DNA from: an uncultured bacterium
Lineage (GTDB): Bacteria; Auribacterota; Erginobacteria; Erginobacterales; Erginobacteraceae
Length of the DNA stretch: 64,000 bases
Assembly: GCA_963822585.1 (NCBI GenBank)
Contig: CAWGIE010000008.1
Coordinates: 63,226-127,225 of the forward strand
Direction of reading: 5' to 3'
The notes beneath the pieces are model-generated. The model was given only the letters and a program-made list of their open reading frames with translations, was not told where the DNA came from and did no database searches. Made by a program: the position numbers and the translations under genes. The first letter of the stretch is position 1, and every line of letters starts with the position of its first letter. Positions 62,931 to 64,000 of the stretch are shown piece by piece.

Positions 62931-64000
62931 ATGTCTTCTCGAAAAGAACATCAAGATATTGTTTTCATGCGTAACGCTCTAGCTCTGGCAAAAAGAGGCG
63001 GCCGGGCCGTCCGCCCAAACCCCCGCGTGGGGGCGGTTCTGGTAAAGAACGATCGTCTGATCGCCGCGGCCTATCACTCCCGTTTCGGCGGGCCTCATGC
63101 CGAGGTAAAAGTGCTGAGAAAAGCCGGCGCGGGCGCCCGGGGGGGGATACTTTATGTAAATCTCGAACCGTGTTCCAGTTACGGGAAGACTCCACCCTGC
63201 GTCGATGCCGTTATCGGGGCGGGAGTTTCCCGGGTGGTCATCGGTTGCCTGGACCGGAACCCGGTGAATGAAAATAAGGCCCCGGCGTTGTTACGAAAAG
63301 CGGGTATCCGGGTTACGGTTGGAGTGCTGGAAAATGAATGTCGGGCCCTCAATGAAGATTTTTTTACCTGGGCGGTCAAGCACCGGCCGTATACGGTATT
63401 GAAGTTGGCTCTCTCACTCGACGGCCGGATTGCCGATTGCCGGGGCAGCGCGAAATGGATCAGCTCGATAGAGAGTCGCCGGTACGTTCATTGTCTCCGG
63501 AGTCGATCCGATGCTGTACTGATCGGCCTGAACACGGTAGTCGCCGACAACCCCCGCCTGACCGCCCGGATGGGCTACCGTAATCCGGGCCTGAAGAGGG
63601 TGGTCCTTGACAGCAGAGGAAGAATCCCGCTCTCTGCCCGCCTGGTCCGGAGCCGTGATCCGGGCAATACCATCCTGGCCACTACTCCTCTGGCCCCGGC
63701 CGCCCGGCTGAAGGAGATAGCCGGGAAAGGGGTTTCCCTGCTGCAGGTCCCGGCCCGCGCCGGGCGGGTCGGCTTGAAATCTCTCTTCCGTAAACTGGCC
63801 GGGAGAGGGGTGATGAGATTGCTGGTGGAAGGGGGAGGAGAGACCGCATCCTCCCTCCTGGCAGAAGGATTGGTCGATGAGGTTCACCTCTTCATCGCTC
63901 CGCTGATTATCGGAGGGAAGAAGTCCGTTCCCGCGGTGGGCGGCCGGAGAGGTCGGAGTATAAAGAATGCTTACCGATTACAGGATATGAGCGTGGAACG
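62931..64000 (+). CDS. ribD: Riboflavin biosynthesis deaminase/reductase RibD, 3'-truncated by the window edge
   Basis: Manual translation MSSRKEHQDIVFMRNALALA...PNPRVGAV...HAEV...LEPC...TPPC...LKLALSLDGRIA...VEGG. Absent from the ORF track because it has no stop inside the window. Confidence 0.93.
   Translation, partial: MSSRKEHQDIVFMRNALALAKRGGRAVRPNPRVGAVLVKNDRLIAAAYHSRFGGPHAEVKVLRKAGAGARGGILYVNLEPCSSYGKTPPCVDAVIGAGVSRVVIGCLDRNPVNENKAPALLRKAGIRVTVGVLENECRALNEDFFTWAVKHRPYTVLKLALSLDGRIADCRGSAKWISSIESRRYVHCLRSRSDAVLIGLNTVVADNPRLTARMGYRNPGLKRVVLDSRGRIPLSARLVRSRDPGNTILATTPLAPAARLKEIAGKGVSLLQVPARAGRVGLKSLFRKLAGRGVMRLLVEGGGETASSLLAEGLVDEVHLFIAPLIIGGKKSVPAVGGRRGRSIKNAYRLQDMSVE

Overview
Bacterial chromosomal core-genome segment, almost entirely + strand. 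16S signatures (GGCTGCAGTCGAGAATC after the 338 region, GCGTGGATTAGGCATGCAAG, GCCGTGAGGTGTTTGGTTAAG) point to a PVC-superphylum relative, probably an anaerobe; this is inference, not a database result. Gene content in order: radC (partial), MBL hydrolase, xerD, an orphan REC-HTH-HTH regulator, tRNA nucleotidyltransferase, trpS, scpAB, pheA, archaeal-type ADH synthase and DHQ synthase II, tyrA, cmk, rpsA, tyrS, a full rrn operon (16S, tRNA-Ile, tRNA-Ala, 23S, 5S), a Phd/PIN toxin-antitoxin pair, efp, EF-G2, yebC-ruvCAB, queH-queA-tgt-yajC-secDF, rpmB, recG-rsmD-coaD-yceD-rpmF-fabH-fabG-acpP-fabF, acyl-CoA dehydrogenase with EtfB and a ferredoxin-EtfA, a carbamoyltransferase with SxtJ/SxtK-like partners, smc, and an FMN riboswitch followed by ribBA-ribH-nusB-PHP-ftsY-ribD (partial). 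The unusual part is the intergenic DNA, which is built from nested repeat modules. (1) Cassette-like units with a fixed left end (CTGYTTCGGAATTTCAAT) and a fixed right end (AAGTT-hairpin-CTAASTT) are stacked in tandem with variable cargo, and one carries the response-regulator gene. (2) Arrays use a constant AAAGGGGCCGAGGYRGRGG linker between different short-tandem-repeat arms. (3) Several families of inverted arms are made of 7-, 8- or 9-mer tandem repeats. (4) Tiny 15/30-bp hairpins are inserted cleanly into other repeats and into a duplicated tRNA end. No transposase, integron integrase, cas gene or RT is visible in the window, so any mobilising enzyme would have to act in trans.
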